Shown: positions 29,256 through 39,805, counted from the first letter of the stretch. The stretch is 64,000 nucleotides of DNA from Candidatus Dojkabacteria bacterium (GCA_016931155.1 JAFGFJ010000002.1:385-64384); one strand, 5' to 3'. Made by a program: numbers and translations. The notes: generated by a model not told the origin, from the letters alone.

Positions 29256-30131
29256 ATGATGTATAACGAAGCTTGCGAAGATCCATTACAAAGGTTATGC
29301 TATTGTATATTTATTATTCTTCTAAGAATGATTTATTTCCTGAGGCAAACAACAAAATCATTTCTGCAGTTTGCAGTAAAAGCAGTACTGGTTTTTGGTC
29401 TGGTTATAGCAGTAATTTTTATTGGAACCATGGTTTTCTTTAAAGAAGCACAGGGCAATCTGAATGTTGATAGAACATTTTCGGTATCAGGTACTGCAAA
29501 GAAAATGGTTACACCTGATATTGCAGAATTAACAGTTGGGACGATAGTACAGGGAAAAGAAATTAACATGATTCAGGACGAAGCAACACAAAAAATAAAT
29601 AATGCGACAGAAAAGATTAAATCCCTGGAGATTCCTTCTGAAGATATTCAGACAATAAACTACAACCTTACTCCAGAGAAAAAGATAAACTCAAACGAAA
29701 TAGAATCGTACACAGTAAACATCGCAATAAAGATCACATTGAGAAATACCGAACCAAAAGACGAAATGGTTGGGAATGTAATTGAAGCTGCAACCTCTGC
29801 TGGTCTAAATGAAGTAAGAAGTCTTTACTTCAAGGTCGATAACGAGGAAACAATTTTAGATGAACTCAAACTTGAAGCAATAGAGAATGCAAAAGAAAGA
29901 GGAAAAATCCTTTCATCTGAAGCTGGATTGAAACTTGGCAAACTGATCAATATGAGCGAAGGATACGGCTCTTATTCGTCATACTCCAACTATCCATACG
30001 AACCTAGAGTTCCTGAAAATGCTGCAATAAGCCAGGATATTTTACAAAGTGATGGAAATCCAATAGTGCAGATTCAGCCTGGACAGTTTGAACTATCGAC
30101 TATTATCACTCTTTTATACGAGACAAGATAG
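29256..30131 (+). CDS. SIMPL/DUF541-like periplasmic protein. The true start is probably an internal Met.
   Basis: N-terminal TM anchor, then FSVSGTAKKMVTPDIAELTVGT, which resembles the start of SIMPL-domain proteins. Confidence 0.45.
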   Translation: MMYNEACEDPLQRLCYCIFIILLRMIYFLRQTTKSFLQFAVKAVLVFGLVIAVIFIGTMVFFKEAQGNLNVDRTFSVSGTAKKMVTPDIAELTVGTIVQGKEINMIQDEATQKINNATEKIKSLEIPSEDIQTINYNLTPEKKINSNEIESYTVNIAIKITLRNTEPKDEMVGNVIEAATSAGLNEVRSLYFKVDNEETILDELKLEAIENAKERGKILSSEAGLKLGKLINMSEGYGSYSSYSNYPYEPRVPENAAISQDILQSDGNPIVQIQPGQFELSTIITLLYETR

Positions 30132-30248
30132 ACATCTGACCACATCAACTGATATAACGTCCGTTAGAACGACTGGTATAGAGGCGTAGATGCTGGCATA
30201 GAGACTGATGACTGACGTTAAGATTGATAATGGCTACTGGATATATCA

Positions 30249-30298
30249 ACTGAGACTTTACGGGCTTCGCCCGTAGGTTTAAGATCGGTTATACTAAC
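30249..30298 (+). repeat. ~48-nt conserved intergenic repeat, copy 2 (see 15011-15058)
   Basis: Near-identical to copy 1. Both lie downstream of plus-strand genes in AT-rich intergenic DNA. Confidence 0.75.
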
Positions 30299-30433
30299 AT
30301 GCCGGCTCGCATAAGAAAAACAAATAGAATTTACAAATAGCCCTGCGACAAATTATAATCGGCCACAGGGTTATTTTTTCAATAAAACAGTAAAGAGACA
30401 GAGAGAAACATTAATTGAAGAGTCTTTATCCCA

Positions 30434-31933
30434 ATGGGTAAAAAATATTACATAAAAACTTTCGGCTGTCAGATGAACTATTCGGACAGTGAGAGATTTG
30501 CACATCTGTTAGAAAAAATCGGATACAAGCCTGCCGAAAACATAGACAATGCTGATCTGATTATTTTTAATTCATGCTCAATTAGACAAAAAGCAGAAGA
30601 CAGAATTTCAGGTCTACGTCCCAGAATCGAAAGGTTGAAATCACAAAAGCCCGGGATCAAGGTCGTACTAAGCGGATGTATGGCAAGAAGAACATGGGAC
30701 GGCAATCCCAAATCCGGCTCTCCTCTTCAAATGAAACAGAAGAAAAGAGAAAGTGAACTGAAAAAACAAATGCCCTGGATAGACATTGTTATTGAAACAA
30801 AGGAATTAGCAAAGCTACCCCAAAAACTTGGAATAAAAATTAAAATCAAGAGAGTGCCAAAAGAATATCTTTCTTATACTCCCAAATACAGCAGTAGTTT
30901 TCAGGCTTACGTCCCGATCTCAACCGGGTGCAATCATTTTTGTACATATTGCATAGTACCTTTTGCCAGAGGCATAGAAATAAACAGATCTGCACGAGAA
31001 ATTATTTCTGAAATCAAAGGTCTTGTGCAGAAAGAATACAGAGACATAACCTTGCTTGGTCAAACAGTAAACAGATGGATTAGTCCCGAAATAACAACAA
31101 AACTGAAGAAGGAGATGATCGCAAATACAAACATCCCCTGGTTAAACAAAAAACTCCTTGACACCAAGAAAATTAAATTAAAAAATCAAGAAAAAACAGT
31201 TATTGATTCTAATTGTCCAGAAGATTTTCTACAGCTACTGCAGATTTTGGACGAGATAGACGGTAACTGGTGGATGACCTTCATGAGTTCACACCCAAAT
31301 TATATGACAGACGAACTTATCACATTTATTGGAAGGTCAGTAAGAGAAAACAAACATATAAGACCATATTTGCACTTTGCACTCCAGTCAGGAAATAACA
31401 ACATTTTGAGAAGAATGAATAGAAAGTATACAGTTGAAGAATTCAGAAAAAAAGTCGAAAAGATGGAAAAAGAAATCCCAGGACTTTCAATATCTACAGA
31501 CATAATTGTAGGTTTTCCAGGAGAGAGCGATAAGGATTTTATGGATACAGTAAAGCTCATGAAAGATCTCAAATTTGATATGGCCTACATAAACGAATAT
31601 TCTCCGAGAAAAGGAACTGTCTCTGAACTATTAAAGAATAATATCCCTCATGCAGAAAAGGAAAGAAGAAAAACTTACCTCAATGACGAGATTCTTGCTA
31701 AAACTGCATTAAAGAAAAACAAGCTTATGATCGGCACTGTCCAAAATTCTCTAATTACAGAAATAAAAGGGCAAACCGCAAAGGGACAGACCAGCAACAT
31801 GAAAGATATAAGGATTGAGCTGGCAACAGGAGTAGAATATTCGGCCGACAATCTAAAGATTAAACCTGGTGATTTTTATAAAGTCAGAATAACTGGAGCA
31901 ACAAGCTGGGCACTGACCGGTACTTTTCTGTAA
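30434..31933 (+). CDS. MiaB-family radical-SAM methylthiotransferase (tRNA/ribosomal protein), with an internal Lys-rich insertion
   Basis: N-terminal MTTase domain (YIKTFGCQMN), radical-SAM CNHFCTYCIVP, C-terminal TRAM-like region. About 55 extra residues relative to typical MiaB. Confidence 0.8.
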   Translation: MGKKYYIKTFGCQMNYSDSERFAHLLEKIGYKPAENIDNADLIIFNSCSIRQKAEDRISGLRPRIERLKSQKPGIKVVLSGCMARRTWDGNPKSGSPLQMKQKKRESELKKQMPWIDIVIETKELAKLPQKLGIKIKIKRVPKEYLSYTPKYSSSFQAYVPISTGCNHFCTYCIVPFARGIEINRSAREIISEIKGLVQKEYRDITLLGQTVNRWISPEITTKLKKEMIANTNIPWLNKKLLDTKKIKLKNQEKTVIDSNCPEDFLQLLQILDEIDGNWWMTFMSSHPNYMTDELITFIGRSVRENKHIRPYLHFALQSGNNNILRRMNRKYTVEEFRKKVEKMEKEIPGLSISTDIIVGFPGESDKDFMDTVKLMKDLKFDMAYINEYSPRKGTVSELLKNNIPHAEKERRKTYLNDEILAKTALKKNKLMIGTVQNSLITEIKGQTAKGQTSNMKDIRIELATGVEYSADNLKIKPGDFYKVRITGATSWALTGTFL

Positions 31934-32017
31934 ATGTACTCTTGAGATTATTTTTTTATGTCCAATTTAATACGCAGATGAGATTGTCCAAAAATTTTTA
32001 TATATGTATAATCAACT

Positions 32018-32614
32018 ATGCCACGTCTCAATAGAACTCAACAGATTGTCGCTGCAGTAATATACTTCATTTTTGGAGTAATAGTACTTTTTATACTGAT
32101 CGCTTTTATCCTGAAATTTTTTGGTGCCAGCGAAACAAGTGGAATATTCAGGGGAATTTTCAACATTTCAAATTTTTTCACAGAAATGTTTAGGGGAAGC
32201 TACCAGGACATAAGATTTGGGCCGCTCACTTTAAGTATTTTCAGATTTGTTGCAATGACTTATTATCCTATTTTTGGTTATCTGCTGGTACTACTCATTG
32301 CAGGCCTTTTTGTACTAAACCCTTTCAAAATTGCACGAAATATTTCTAATGCATTTTTTAGGTTTATTGAGCTTTTCCTTATTACAAGATTCTTGTTTAA
32401 AGCTCTAGCTGCATCCTCTCAAAGCTCATTTGTTGCATTTATATACAAGTATACAAACTTTATTCCTGATGCATTGCATTTTATTCCGGTGATAAGAATA
32501 GGACAATCCGATATAGAATTATCCGTCTTTCTGGTTTTTGGTATCGTACTTATGATAGATATTTTGATCTGGAATCTCTTCCAGGGTATTTTAGGCGAAA
32601 AAGACTATGAATAA
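32018..32614 (+). CDS. Hypothetical polytopic membrane protein
   Basis: Four predicted hydrophobic helices. No motif recognised. Confidence 0.4.
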   Translation: MPRLNRTQQIVAAVIYFIFGVIVLFILIAFILKFFGASETSGIFRGIFNISNFFTEMFRGSYQDIRFGPLTLSIFRFVAMTYYPIFGYLLVLLIAGLFVLNPFKIARNISNAFFRFIELFLITRFLFKALAASSQSSFVAFIYKYTNFIPDALHFIPVIRIGQSDIELSVFLVFGIVLMIDILIWNLFQGILGEKDYE

Positions 32615-33218
32615 ATTAAATCAAACTCTACTCCTGATTATTACGGTTATACTGACGATTTCTACACTATTTTTCGGTATTTTATTTTTTATTAACAATG
32701 GCAAGAATAGGGAAGAGATCAATGTCACTTCAAGAACTATAATTGAAAGAATTACAGATCAGTATTTTATCGTTACAAAAACAATGGTAGTCGATCAGGA
32801 GTCAACGATTAATGTCAATCAGGGGTCTTCCTGGTCAAATTTTTTCTGGGGTCAAACAATTGAAGCAAAGGGACTTATTCGTATTGATATAGGAGTCGAT
32901 CTTAAGGATATCCCTGAAAAAGACATCCAGATAAATGAAGCTGACAAAACAGTAATAATTAAATTACCCGATGCAACAATTCTTGATGCGAGTCAGTTTG
33001 GAGACATAGAGGTCAAATCCTCGAAAGGTGTTCTTAAGTTTCTTCTTGATAATGATCCAAACCAGGATCACAATGAAGCACTAAAACAACTCACAGAAGA
33101 CGCAAAAACGGCTGCACTCAGTGATCAGAAAGTATTTGATGAAGCAAGAACCAGCTCGATCAAGCTCATAGAAATAATAGTAAAAGATCTGGGCTACACT
33201 GTCCAGATTGACGATTAA
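32607..33218 (+). CDS. Hypothetical membrane-anchored protein. Overlaps the upstream gene by 8 nt.
   Basis: N-terminal TM anchor and a ~170-aa extracytoplasmic domain. Translationally coupled to the preceding membrane protein. Confidence 0.4.
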   Translation: MNKLNQTLLLIITVILTISTLFFGILFFINNGKNREEINVTSRTIIERITDQYFIVTKTMVVDQESTINVNQGSSWSNFFWGQTIEAKGLIRIDIGVDLKDIPEKDIQINEADKTVIIKLPDATILDASQFGDIEVKSSKGVLKFLLDNDPNQDHNEALKQLTEDAKTAALSDQKVFDEARTSSIKLIEIIVKDLGYTVQIDD

Positions 33219-33273
33219 AATAAACAAAATCCTTCTTAGGTCATTTATCATCTAGGTGCTATAATCATGGGTC

Positions 33274-35169
33274 GTGAATCCTATAGCACAAAACAAAATA
33301 AGGAATATAGCAATAATCGCCCATGTTGATCATGGAAAGACCACCCTTGTTGACGCTTTCCTCAAGCAAAGTAATTTATTTAGAGAAAACCAGGCAGAAA
33401 TGCAGCAGGAACAGATTCTCGATGTTGGAGAGCTTGAGAAAGAAAAAGGAATTACCATTAAGGCAAAAAATATTGCAATACAATACAACGATTATAAAAT
33501 AAACATAATTGATACCCCCGGACATGCAGATTTCGGTGGAGAAGTGGAGAGGACTTTGAATATGGCTGATGGGTGCCTTCTACTGGTCGATGCGCAGGAA
33601 GGACCAATGCCGCAAACAAAGTTTGTACTAAAAAAAGCATTAGAAATGGAACTTAAACCTATAGTTGTAATTAATAAAATTGACAAGAAACATACCAATA
33701 TTCCAAGAACTCTCAACCGTATTCATGATTTATTCTTGAATCTTGCTACAGATTCCAGTCAACTGGAATTCCCTGTTTTTTATTCCATATCGAGAGAAGG
33801 GAAAGTCTTTAAGAATCTGCCAGAAGGTGATCTAACCGTTTCAAACTCACTGGAAGGTGATCTTCAGCCACTTTTAGAGGAAATAATTAAGGAAATACCA
33901 GCACCAGTCGGAGACACTAATGACAAACTTCAAATGCTCATCAGTACAATTGAATTTGATCAACATGAAGGTAAGTACTTGATCGGAAAAATACTTAGAG
34001 GGAAAGCTTATCCAGGACAAGATGTCGCTGTATTAGATGGATCACAGGAGGAAGCAAAAAAACAAACTGGAAAGATAAAAAGAGTAATGGTAAGAGAAGG
34101 GCTAGATTATAAAGAAGTACAGGAGTCTTCTGCTGGAGATATTGTTGCCATTGTCGGAGTTGACTCACTTTCTATAGGCGGAACACTTTGCGACATAGAA
34201 AAGCTTGAGGCATTACCTAAAATAGAGATATCCTCACCTTCAGTCCAGATGAAATTTGAAGCAAGCACTTCACCGCTTGCAGGAAAGGAGGGCAAGTATG
34301 TAACAGCAAGACTTATTCAACAGAGATTGGAAAAAGAAATTCAGACAAATGTCAGCTTAAAAATTTCCAAAAGTGATTCAGGAAGCTATTATGTGGCAGG
34401 AAGGGGAGAACTTCAACTCTCAATCCTGATAGAAACACTAAGAAGAGAAGAGTACGAGTTTCAGGTTAGAAAGCCGGAAATAGTTTTAAAGGAAATTGAC
34501 GGGAAAAAGCATGAACCACTGGAAGAACTGGTTATCGATGCACCTGAAGAATACATCGGCGGAATCTCAACAGAACTAGCACAACGAAAGGGTGAGCTTT
34601 TGAATATGGAGACTGAGGACGGTCAGACAAGAATTACATATAGAATACTCACAAGGAATATGTTTGGACTTCGGAACACTCTTCTAACAATCACAAAAGG
34701 AAATGCAATTATTAATTCTTATCTGGACGAGTATATTCCGTATAAAGAGAGACCCGAACTTTTTAGAAACGGTGCATTGGTAGCCTCAGACCCGGGATTT
34801 GCAAAAGGCTATGCACTAAATACTATCCAGGATAGAGGAGATCTGTTTATAAAACCCTCAGAAGAAGTTTACGAAGGAATGATTGTTGGAATAAATAAAT
34901 ATGAGGGAGACCTTGACGTAAACGTAACAAAGGAACGACATAAGTCGGGGGTGAGAATAAAGCATGACGAAATAACACAGACAGCCCTAAAACCAACAAT
35001 CCCTTTGACGCTCGATTTTGCACTTGGATTCATTGCAAAAGACGAGGTACTTGAAGTAACCCCAAAAAGCTTGAGGCTTAGAAAAGCATTCTTAACAAAA
35101 AACCAGAGAGCATGGTCTCAAAGGAAAAATTTGAGCGACTTTGCGAAGAGGAACCTGGGAATGGAATAA
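33274..35169 (+). CDS. typA: Translational GTPase TypA/BipA
   Basis: G1 [13 protein letters not shown]3 DTPGHADF, G4 NKID. About 600-aa EF-G-like architecture without domain IV. Confidence 0.9.
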   Translation: MNPIAQNKIRNIAIIAHVDHGKTTLVDAFLKQSNLFRENQAEMQQEQILDVGELEKEKGITIKAKNIAIQYNDYKINIIDTPGHADFGGEVERTLNMADGCLLLVDAQEGPMPQTKFVLKKALEMELKPIVVINKIDKKHTNIPRTLNRIHDLFLNLATDSSQLEFPVFYSISREGKVFKNLPEGDLTVSNSLEGDLQPLLEEIIKEIPAPVGDTNDKLQMLISTIEFDQHEGKYLIGKILRGKAYPGQDVAVLDGSQEEAKKQTGKIKRVMVREGLDYKEVQESSAGDIVAIVGVDSLSIGGTLCDIEKLEALPKIEISSPSVQMKFEASTSPLAGKEGKYVTARLIQQRLEKEIQTNVSLKISKSDSGSYYVAGRGELQLSILIETLRREEYEFQVRKPEIVLKEIDGKKHEPLEELVIDAPEEYIGGISTELAQRKGELLNMETEDGQTRITYRILTRNMFGLRNTLLTITKGNAIINSYLDEYIPYKERPELFRNGALVASDPGFAKGYALNTIQDRGDLFIKPSEEVYEGMIVGINKYEGDLDVNVTKERHKSGVRIKHDEITQTALKPTIPLTLDFALGFIAKDEVLEVTPKSLRLRKAFLTKNQRAWSQRKNLSDFAKRNLGME

Positions 35170-35396
35170 AATCAGAATGCAAAATATTTCATTAATCCAG
35201 AGCATTAAATACAAATCCAATCAGCATAATCCCAACTGTAGTTATACCAAAGAATATCGCTAAGAGCTGCCACTTCATAGCTTTTTTGAGTATTAGTGCT
35301 TCCGGGATTGAAAGTGTCACTGCCGCAGTCATAAAAGCAGTTCCCATGGGCATCAGGAACCCAGAACCTGAATTTTCATAATTCGTAAATAATAAA

Positions 35397-35582
35397 TTAA
35401 TTAATTCCTACAAAAGAAAAAAAGTAACTTACTCTTTTTTTCCATTTATTTTTAATGAAAAAGAAAATCTGATTTCCATCTCTGCGCTTGTCCAAAATCC
35501 CTGCCTTATAAAGAGTTTTTAAATGAAAGGAGAGTAAATTTCGAGAAATGCCCAGCTTTTCTGAAAGTTCACATACACACAT
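35397..35582 (-). CDS. ArsR/SmtB-like HTH fragment (short)
   Basis: CELSEKLGISRNLLSFHLKTLYKAGIL matches the ArsR recognition helix. The product is too short for a full regulator. Confidence 0.4.
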   Translation of the reverse strand: MCVCELSEKLGISRNLLSFHLKTLYKAGILDKRRDGNQIFFFIKNKWKKRVSYFFSFVGIN

Positions 35583-35779
35583 TACTGAATAAAGCCCTGG
35601 TCAATAGCTTTTAAGTCGTCTTGTAGTCAGCGGGTAGATACCGACCATCATGAAGGTTATATCTCTGAGTATAGATTCACATATTTTTTTGCTGCCAGCC
35701 GGTATCCCACAGTAAAGAGACGGCTATCGCCATCTCTTTTTTCCATACACCCTACGCAGTTTTAATCTTATTACCAAGC

Positions 35780-36577
35780 TCAGTTACCTCCACTGTTCTG
35801 GTTTTGATTCTGGTTCTGCTCTTGGTTTTGAGTATCACCTTCATTCTGCTCTTGTTCATTTTCCCGCACTTGAACCCCTGTTTCGGTCTCAAAGTTCTGA
35901 ATCTGGTTTCCCATTTCTTCGGAGTATTTATTCTTTACCTCCATCAAATTTTCCGAGTTTGAGAAATCACCTTTTGACTTGAGCTTAGTTTGTATTTGAT
36001 TTATTGTTTCCTCGTGCTCCCTGGTAATTTCCTGTAATTTCTCCATTACTTTTTGCTGTTCTTGCGTTTGGAGTTTGTTCTCAATTCTTAATTGATCCAT
36101 CTCCTGGAGTCGCTCTCTAAGTCTAAGTTGCTGGACTTCCACTTCTGAAATAGACCGAGAAACAGTATCTGAATTATTTTCTTCACTTAGTTTACTCAGC
36201 TCAAGCACTCTTTCGTTCATTACAGCTATTTCAAACTCTGATCTTGCAACAGAATCGGAGATAAAAGTCCTCTGGACACTTTCTGCCGCTTTGTCTACCG
36301 AATAAAGGAAATCTCCCGGGTTTGCAGAATCTGAAGCATACACCGTTCCACCTCCGGCGATTAGTAAAGCAATCACGGTAACAACAGCCAGAGTTATTTT
36401 AATTTTTGGGTTCACAATAAAAATGTTTAAAAAATTAAATATATTCATCTGACTATTACGAATTTTATGTTCGGTAGTTACAAGATTTCGAAAGCTCGAT
36501 AAAGTAGCTTCCTGCCAGCTCTTCCTTGGAATAGGTTTAAATCTTTTTAATTGTTCTATTAATTTTTCCTCATCCAT
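35780..36577 (-). CDS. Probable anti-sigma factor (single TM, coiled-coil extracytoplasmic domain) partnered with the upstream ECF sigma
   Basis: Its start overlaps the ECF sigma stop by 8 nt. Short cytoplasmic N-terminus, one TM helix (LAVVTVIALLIAGGGTV), then a Gln/Glu-rich helical domain. Confidence 0.5.
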   Translation of the reverse strand: MDEEKLIEQLKRFKPIPRKSWQEATLSSFRNLVTTEHKIRNSQMNIFNFLNIFIVNPKIKITLAVVTVIALLIAGGGTVYASDSANPGDFLYSVDKAAESVQRTFISDSVARSEFEIAVMNERVLELSKLSEENNSDTVSRSISEVEVQQLRLRERLQEMDQLRIENKLQTQEQQKVMEKLQEITREHEETINQIQTKLKSKGDFSNSENLMEVKNKYSEEMGNQIQNFETETGVQVRENEQEQNEGDTQNQEQNQNQNQNSGGN

Positions 36578-37094
36578 TTGGTAATTTCATAATATCTTTC
36601 AGTTTTTTTACTGCTCTGTGAATCATAACTTTTGTTGCGTTATGTTTTTTGTTTATAATCTCCGCAACATCCTCTATCTCAAAGTCCTGCAGATATCTTA
36701 GTACAATTACTTCCTTTTCCTGCTCTTTCAGCTTATCAAGATTACTGATTATTGAGCCAAGCATTAATTCATCATCAACTGTTAGCCCTTGCTCCTTTAC
36801 AGATTCTCCCACATCATCGCTATAGCCGCTGAGAATTCCTTTTTTCTTCCTGTAAAAATCAATAATATAATTTCGGGCAATGATGTAAATCCAATTTTTT
36901 AAAGTACCCTTGTTAGGCTTGAATGTTGATCTCTTCTCCCATGCCTTGATAAACACATCCTGTGTAATATCTTCTGCTTGCTCACGATTGAATCCGCATC
37001 TCATATAAACAAAGCGGTAAAGAGATTCATTCAACCATTTAAACACTTCCTCAAGATCTTCAATTGTCTCTAACTGATTTATTTTTATTTTCAC
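36570..37094 (-). CDS. ECF (group IV) sigma-70 factor
   Basis: Region 2 (DITQDVFIKAWEKRSTF) and region 4 HTH (EKEVIVLRYLQDFEIEDVAEIINKKHNATKVMIHRA). Confidence 0.8.
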   Translation of the reverse strand: MKIKINQLETIEDLEEVFKWLNESLYRFVYMRCGFNREQAEDITQDVFIKAWEKRSTFKPNKGTLKNWIYIIARNYIIDFYRKKKGILSGYSDDVGESVKEQGLTVDDELMLGSIISNLDKLKEQEKEVIVLRYLQDFEIEDVAEIINKKHNATKVMIHRAVKKLKDIMKLPNG

Positions 37095-37248
37095 ATTCTA
37101 TTACGTTTTTTGTACCTTACGGTTACTAGTCTATTCTACTATATTTGGTGCCTGGTGATACTATAAACGAAACGGGTATTGACCCAATTAAGAATTGGTG
37201 CTATTATTGTAATGGGTAAATACCCAGTTTAATTTTTATTATTTTATT

Positions 37249-37512
37249 ATGCCGAATTTAGACAAGACTGGTCCTTTGGGAAAAGGCCCTTTTACAGGAC
37301 GGGGAAGAGGCAGGGGATTAGGATCTGGCTCAGGAGCAAGAGGTGTAGGAGCTGGAAGAGGATTGGGAGTTGGTGGTCGCAGACAGGGTGGCAATAAAGA
37401 GTGTACATGTCCAAAGTGTGGTTATTCAGAATCACAAACTAGAGGTATTCCATGTACAGAAAAAAAATGCCCTAAGTGCCAAACACCAATGAGAGGCGTT
37501 TACTGCTTATAG
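37249..37512 (+). CDS. Small Gly/Arg-rich protein with a C-terminal C4 zinc ribbon
   Basis: N-terminus TGPLGKGPFTGRGRGRGLGSGSG. C-terminus CxxC...CxxC (CTCPKCG...CPKCQ). Confidence 0.5.
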   Translation: MPNLDKTGPLGKGPFTGRGRGRGLGSGSGARGVGAGRGLGVGGRRQGGNKECTCPKCGYSESQTRGIPCTEKKCPKCQTPMRGVYCL

Positions 37513-37580
37513 GTCTCTTGAGGGGGGTAGTAACAACAAAGAAATTACTACCCCTTATTTTACTTATTATTATCAACGGC

Positions 37581-37862
37581 ATGAGACAAAGATATAGAAG
37601 AAGGCTTGGTCTTGATTTTAATGAAATATATTTCAAACCACGAGGATTACCCCTGAGAGAACTCGAGGAGATTACAATTACAGATGAAGAGTTGGAGACA
37701 ATGAGACTGAGATATCTAAAAAAGATTGATCAAGAAGATGCCGCAAAAAAAATGGGAATATCTCAGAGCCAATATCAAAGGGATTTAACTTCCGTACTGG
37801 AAAAAGTCACAAAGGCATTAATTGAAGGTCTTGCTATTCGAATTGCAAAGACAAATTTATAG
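37581..37862 (+). CDS. DUF134/UPF0251-family putative DNA-binding protein (sigma-70 region-4-like HTH). Start at MRQRYRRR; the track ORF starts at 37476.
   Basis: FKPRGLPLRELEEITITDEELETMRLRYLKKIDQEDAAKKMGISQSQYQRDL matches the FKP.G.P......L..EE.EA.RL....GL.QEEAA..MG.S..T..R pattern I recall for DUF134 proteins. Confidence 0.6.
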   Translation: MRQRYRRRLGLDFNEIYFKPRGLPLRELEEITITDEELETMRLRYLKKIDQEDAAKKMGISQSQYQRDLTSVLEKVTKALIEGLAIRIAKTNL

Positions 37863-37940
37863 TTAAGTTCTTACTCAGTTTGACGTAGGATTCGATTTGC
37901 GATACATTACAGTACACATTGAAATATCAACTCAGTGTAA

Positions 37941-38216
37941 ATGACTGCCTTACTGGAGAAAAAGATTGAACAACTTCGAAAACTTCTAGTAATAAACAGG
38001 ATAAGAATCCTCGAGCTTCTTTATCAAGGAGATACTTGTGTGTGCAAAATGGTTGACAGGCTTAAATTGAAGCACAGCCTTATATCTCATCACTTAAAAA
38101 TTCTAGCAAGAATGGGTCACATCAAAAGCAGTAAGAATGGTCAACATAGGATTTACAACCTGGCTAATTCAAAAAGAAAGCTGACTGCGGGACTTCTAGA
38201 GTTTATTAAAAAGTAA
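37941..38216 (+). CDS. ArsR/SmtB-family transcriptional regulator
   Basis: RIRILELLYQGDTCVCKMVDRLKLKHSLISHHLKILARMGHI has the ArsR wHTH and a metal-site-like CVC. Confidence 0.7.
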   Translation: MTALLEKKIEQLRKLLVINRIRILELLYQGDTCVCKMVDRLKLKHSLISHHLKILARMGHIKSSKNGQHRIYNLANSKRKLTAGLLEFIKK

Positions 38217-38242
38217 CTTATTTTATTTTTTACTCAACAAAA

Positions 38243-39262
38243 ATGAGCAAAAAAGTACCATTAATAATTGGATTCCTTGTTGGACTAGGAATCCTTTTGA
38301 CAGCCGGATTCTTTCTTCTCCGTCAATCCGAATTTGCCTTGATTGACGAATTAATCGGCGGCAAAACCTCTCAAGAAAACGAAGAGAAGAAGGTCGAGCC
38401 GGGAGTCGGAACAAAGTCTATGATGATCTTGATTGAGTACAAAGATACGGTTGGTCTCGTGAATTTTGCAAACGAGATGAAATCACGTGATATAAGCGGT
38501 CTTTTACTGGTAAGTCCTGATTTTGTAGAAAAGAATTGCGAGGCAGTAAAGGAAGTTATCAAATATGATATAGAAATAATCGGATCAAATCCAAAAGGTG
38601 TTTTTTGGGATGTACCTTATGAAGAGCAATACACAATTATTTCCGACATGAAGAAAAGGATTGAAACCTGCACGGGAGAACCCCTTAGAATTGTCGGGTC
38701 TATGTATATGGCTTCAGATGAAAATACTGTTAAGGCTGCTCAGGAGCTTGGTATACCTTACGTCATCGCCAGAGGCACCACTGATACAAAGGCTACTGTT
38801 TACAAGCCAGAAGAATATGACGTAAAGATCCTGTCAATTTCGAATATCGCTCTTGCAACATTTAAATTTGGCAGTCTTTGCGATTACTCATTCTATGAAA
38901 GATCCGGCACTCCTCAAGATATGCTTGATGAACTTGGTAGAGCATACGAACCAATGACTGAAAAAGAAATTGAGTGGTCTGGAAAGTTTCATCGGGTAAC
39001 ACCTACTACTCACACAAACATCGGCGGGTATCTCAAGCCCTGGATGGATATGTGGATAGAATTCTGGGATACAAACAAAACTGAGTGGGTAGGACTTGAC
39101 GAGTTTATGGAGGAAATAGATTGGAACCTCCCAATGTGGCAGATTCCAACCAACAGAAATGCTCCCTACACTCCGGAAAAGATTCGACCACTTATGCCTT
39201 ATGACGAAATCGAGAAGGTCGAGAACCCTTGTCGTGTAGAAGACATAGGCAAAGAGGACTAA
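38243..39262 (+). CDS. Hypothetical membrane-anchored extracytoplasmic protein
   Basis: N-terminal TM anchor and a ~300-aa domain with no recognised motif. Confidence 0.4.
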   Translation: MSKKVPLIIGFLVGLGILLTAGFFLLRQSEFALIDELIGGKTSQENEEKKVEPGVGTKSMMILIEYKDTVGLVNFANEMKSRDISGLLLVSPDFVEKNCEAVKEVIKYDIEIIGSNPKGVFWDVPYEEQYTIISDMKKRIETCTGEPLRIVGSMYMASDENTVKAAQELGIPYVIARGTTDTKATVYKPEEYDVKILSISNIALATFKFGSLCDYSFYERSGTPQDMLDELGRAYEPMTEKEIEWSGKFHRVTPTTHTNIGGYLKPWMDMWIEFWDTNKTEWVGLDEFMEEIDWNLPMWQIPTNRNAPYTPEKIRPLMPYDEIEKVENPCRVEDIGKED

Positions 39263-39269
39263 TAAAGAA

Positions 39270-39716
39270 GTGAGCACTAATTACGAAGTTATGAAAAAGA
39301 TCTATTTCGTAATAATTACTATACTGCTTTTGGGGATAATTGGAGTAGGAACTATCCTCTACTTCAACTACAGAAATGCTGAGAAGGCAAAAAATCCCCA
39401 AAGCAGTGACTATATCGAGTACAACACACCCAACAAAACTCAAACGAGAAAATTAGTTGTTTTCCACAATGGTGCAGGTCCAATGTGTCTTGAAGCCCTA
39501 GAGTTTTTCGACCAAAACGGAATTGTTTATGAAGAACATCTCACATATGACGAAGATTTCTCGGAAGAACTGGCAATATACAGATCATCAACTGACATAA
39601 GCGAAGGAGTTTCAACAACCTATGGATACTACCCTTATATTTTTGTAGGGGGAAAAGCATTTTCCGGATTTAATGATTGGATAGGGAAGGAGATTATGAG
39701 ATTGGCTTTCGACTGA
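39270..39716 (+). CDS. Membrane-anchored thioredoxin-fold (glutaredoxin-like) protein
   Basis: N-terminal TM helix. KLVVFHNGAGPMCLEALEFFDQNGIVYEEH resembles a glutaredoxin-like beta-alpha-beta unit with a single Cys. Confidence 0.4.
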   Translation: MSTNYEVMKKIYFVIITILLLGIIGVGTILYFNYRNAEKAKNPQSSDYIEYNTPNKTQTRKLVVFHNGAGPMCLEALEFFDQNGIVYEEHLTYDEDFSEELAIYRSSTDISEGVSTTYGYYPYIFVGGKAFSGFNDWIGKEIMRLAFD

Positions 39717-39805
39717 CAGAATTAAAGATTAGAATTTTTTGTAGATCAGATCATTCAAAACAATGGTTCTTTGGGACGTTATCACCTTTGGGATTCTTAC
39801 AGGTT

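Noticed and set aside
29206-29400. glmS ribozyme upstream of glmS
   Set aside because: The room between the glmS start (29205) and the divergent neighbour is under 200 nt, and I could not recognise the conserved glmS ribozyme core by eye. This needs an Infernal search and cannot be called from sequence inspection.
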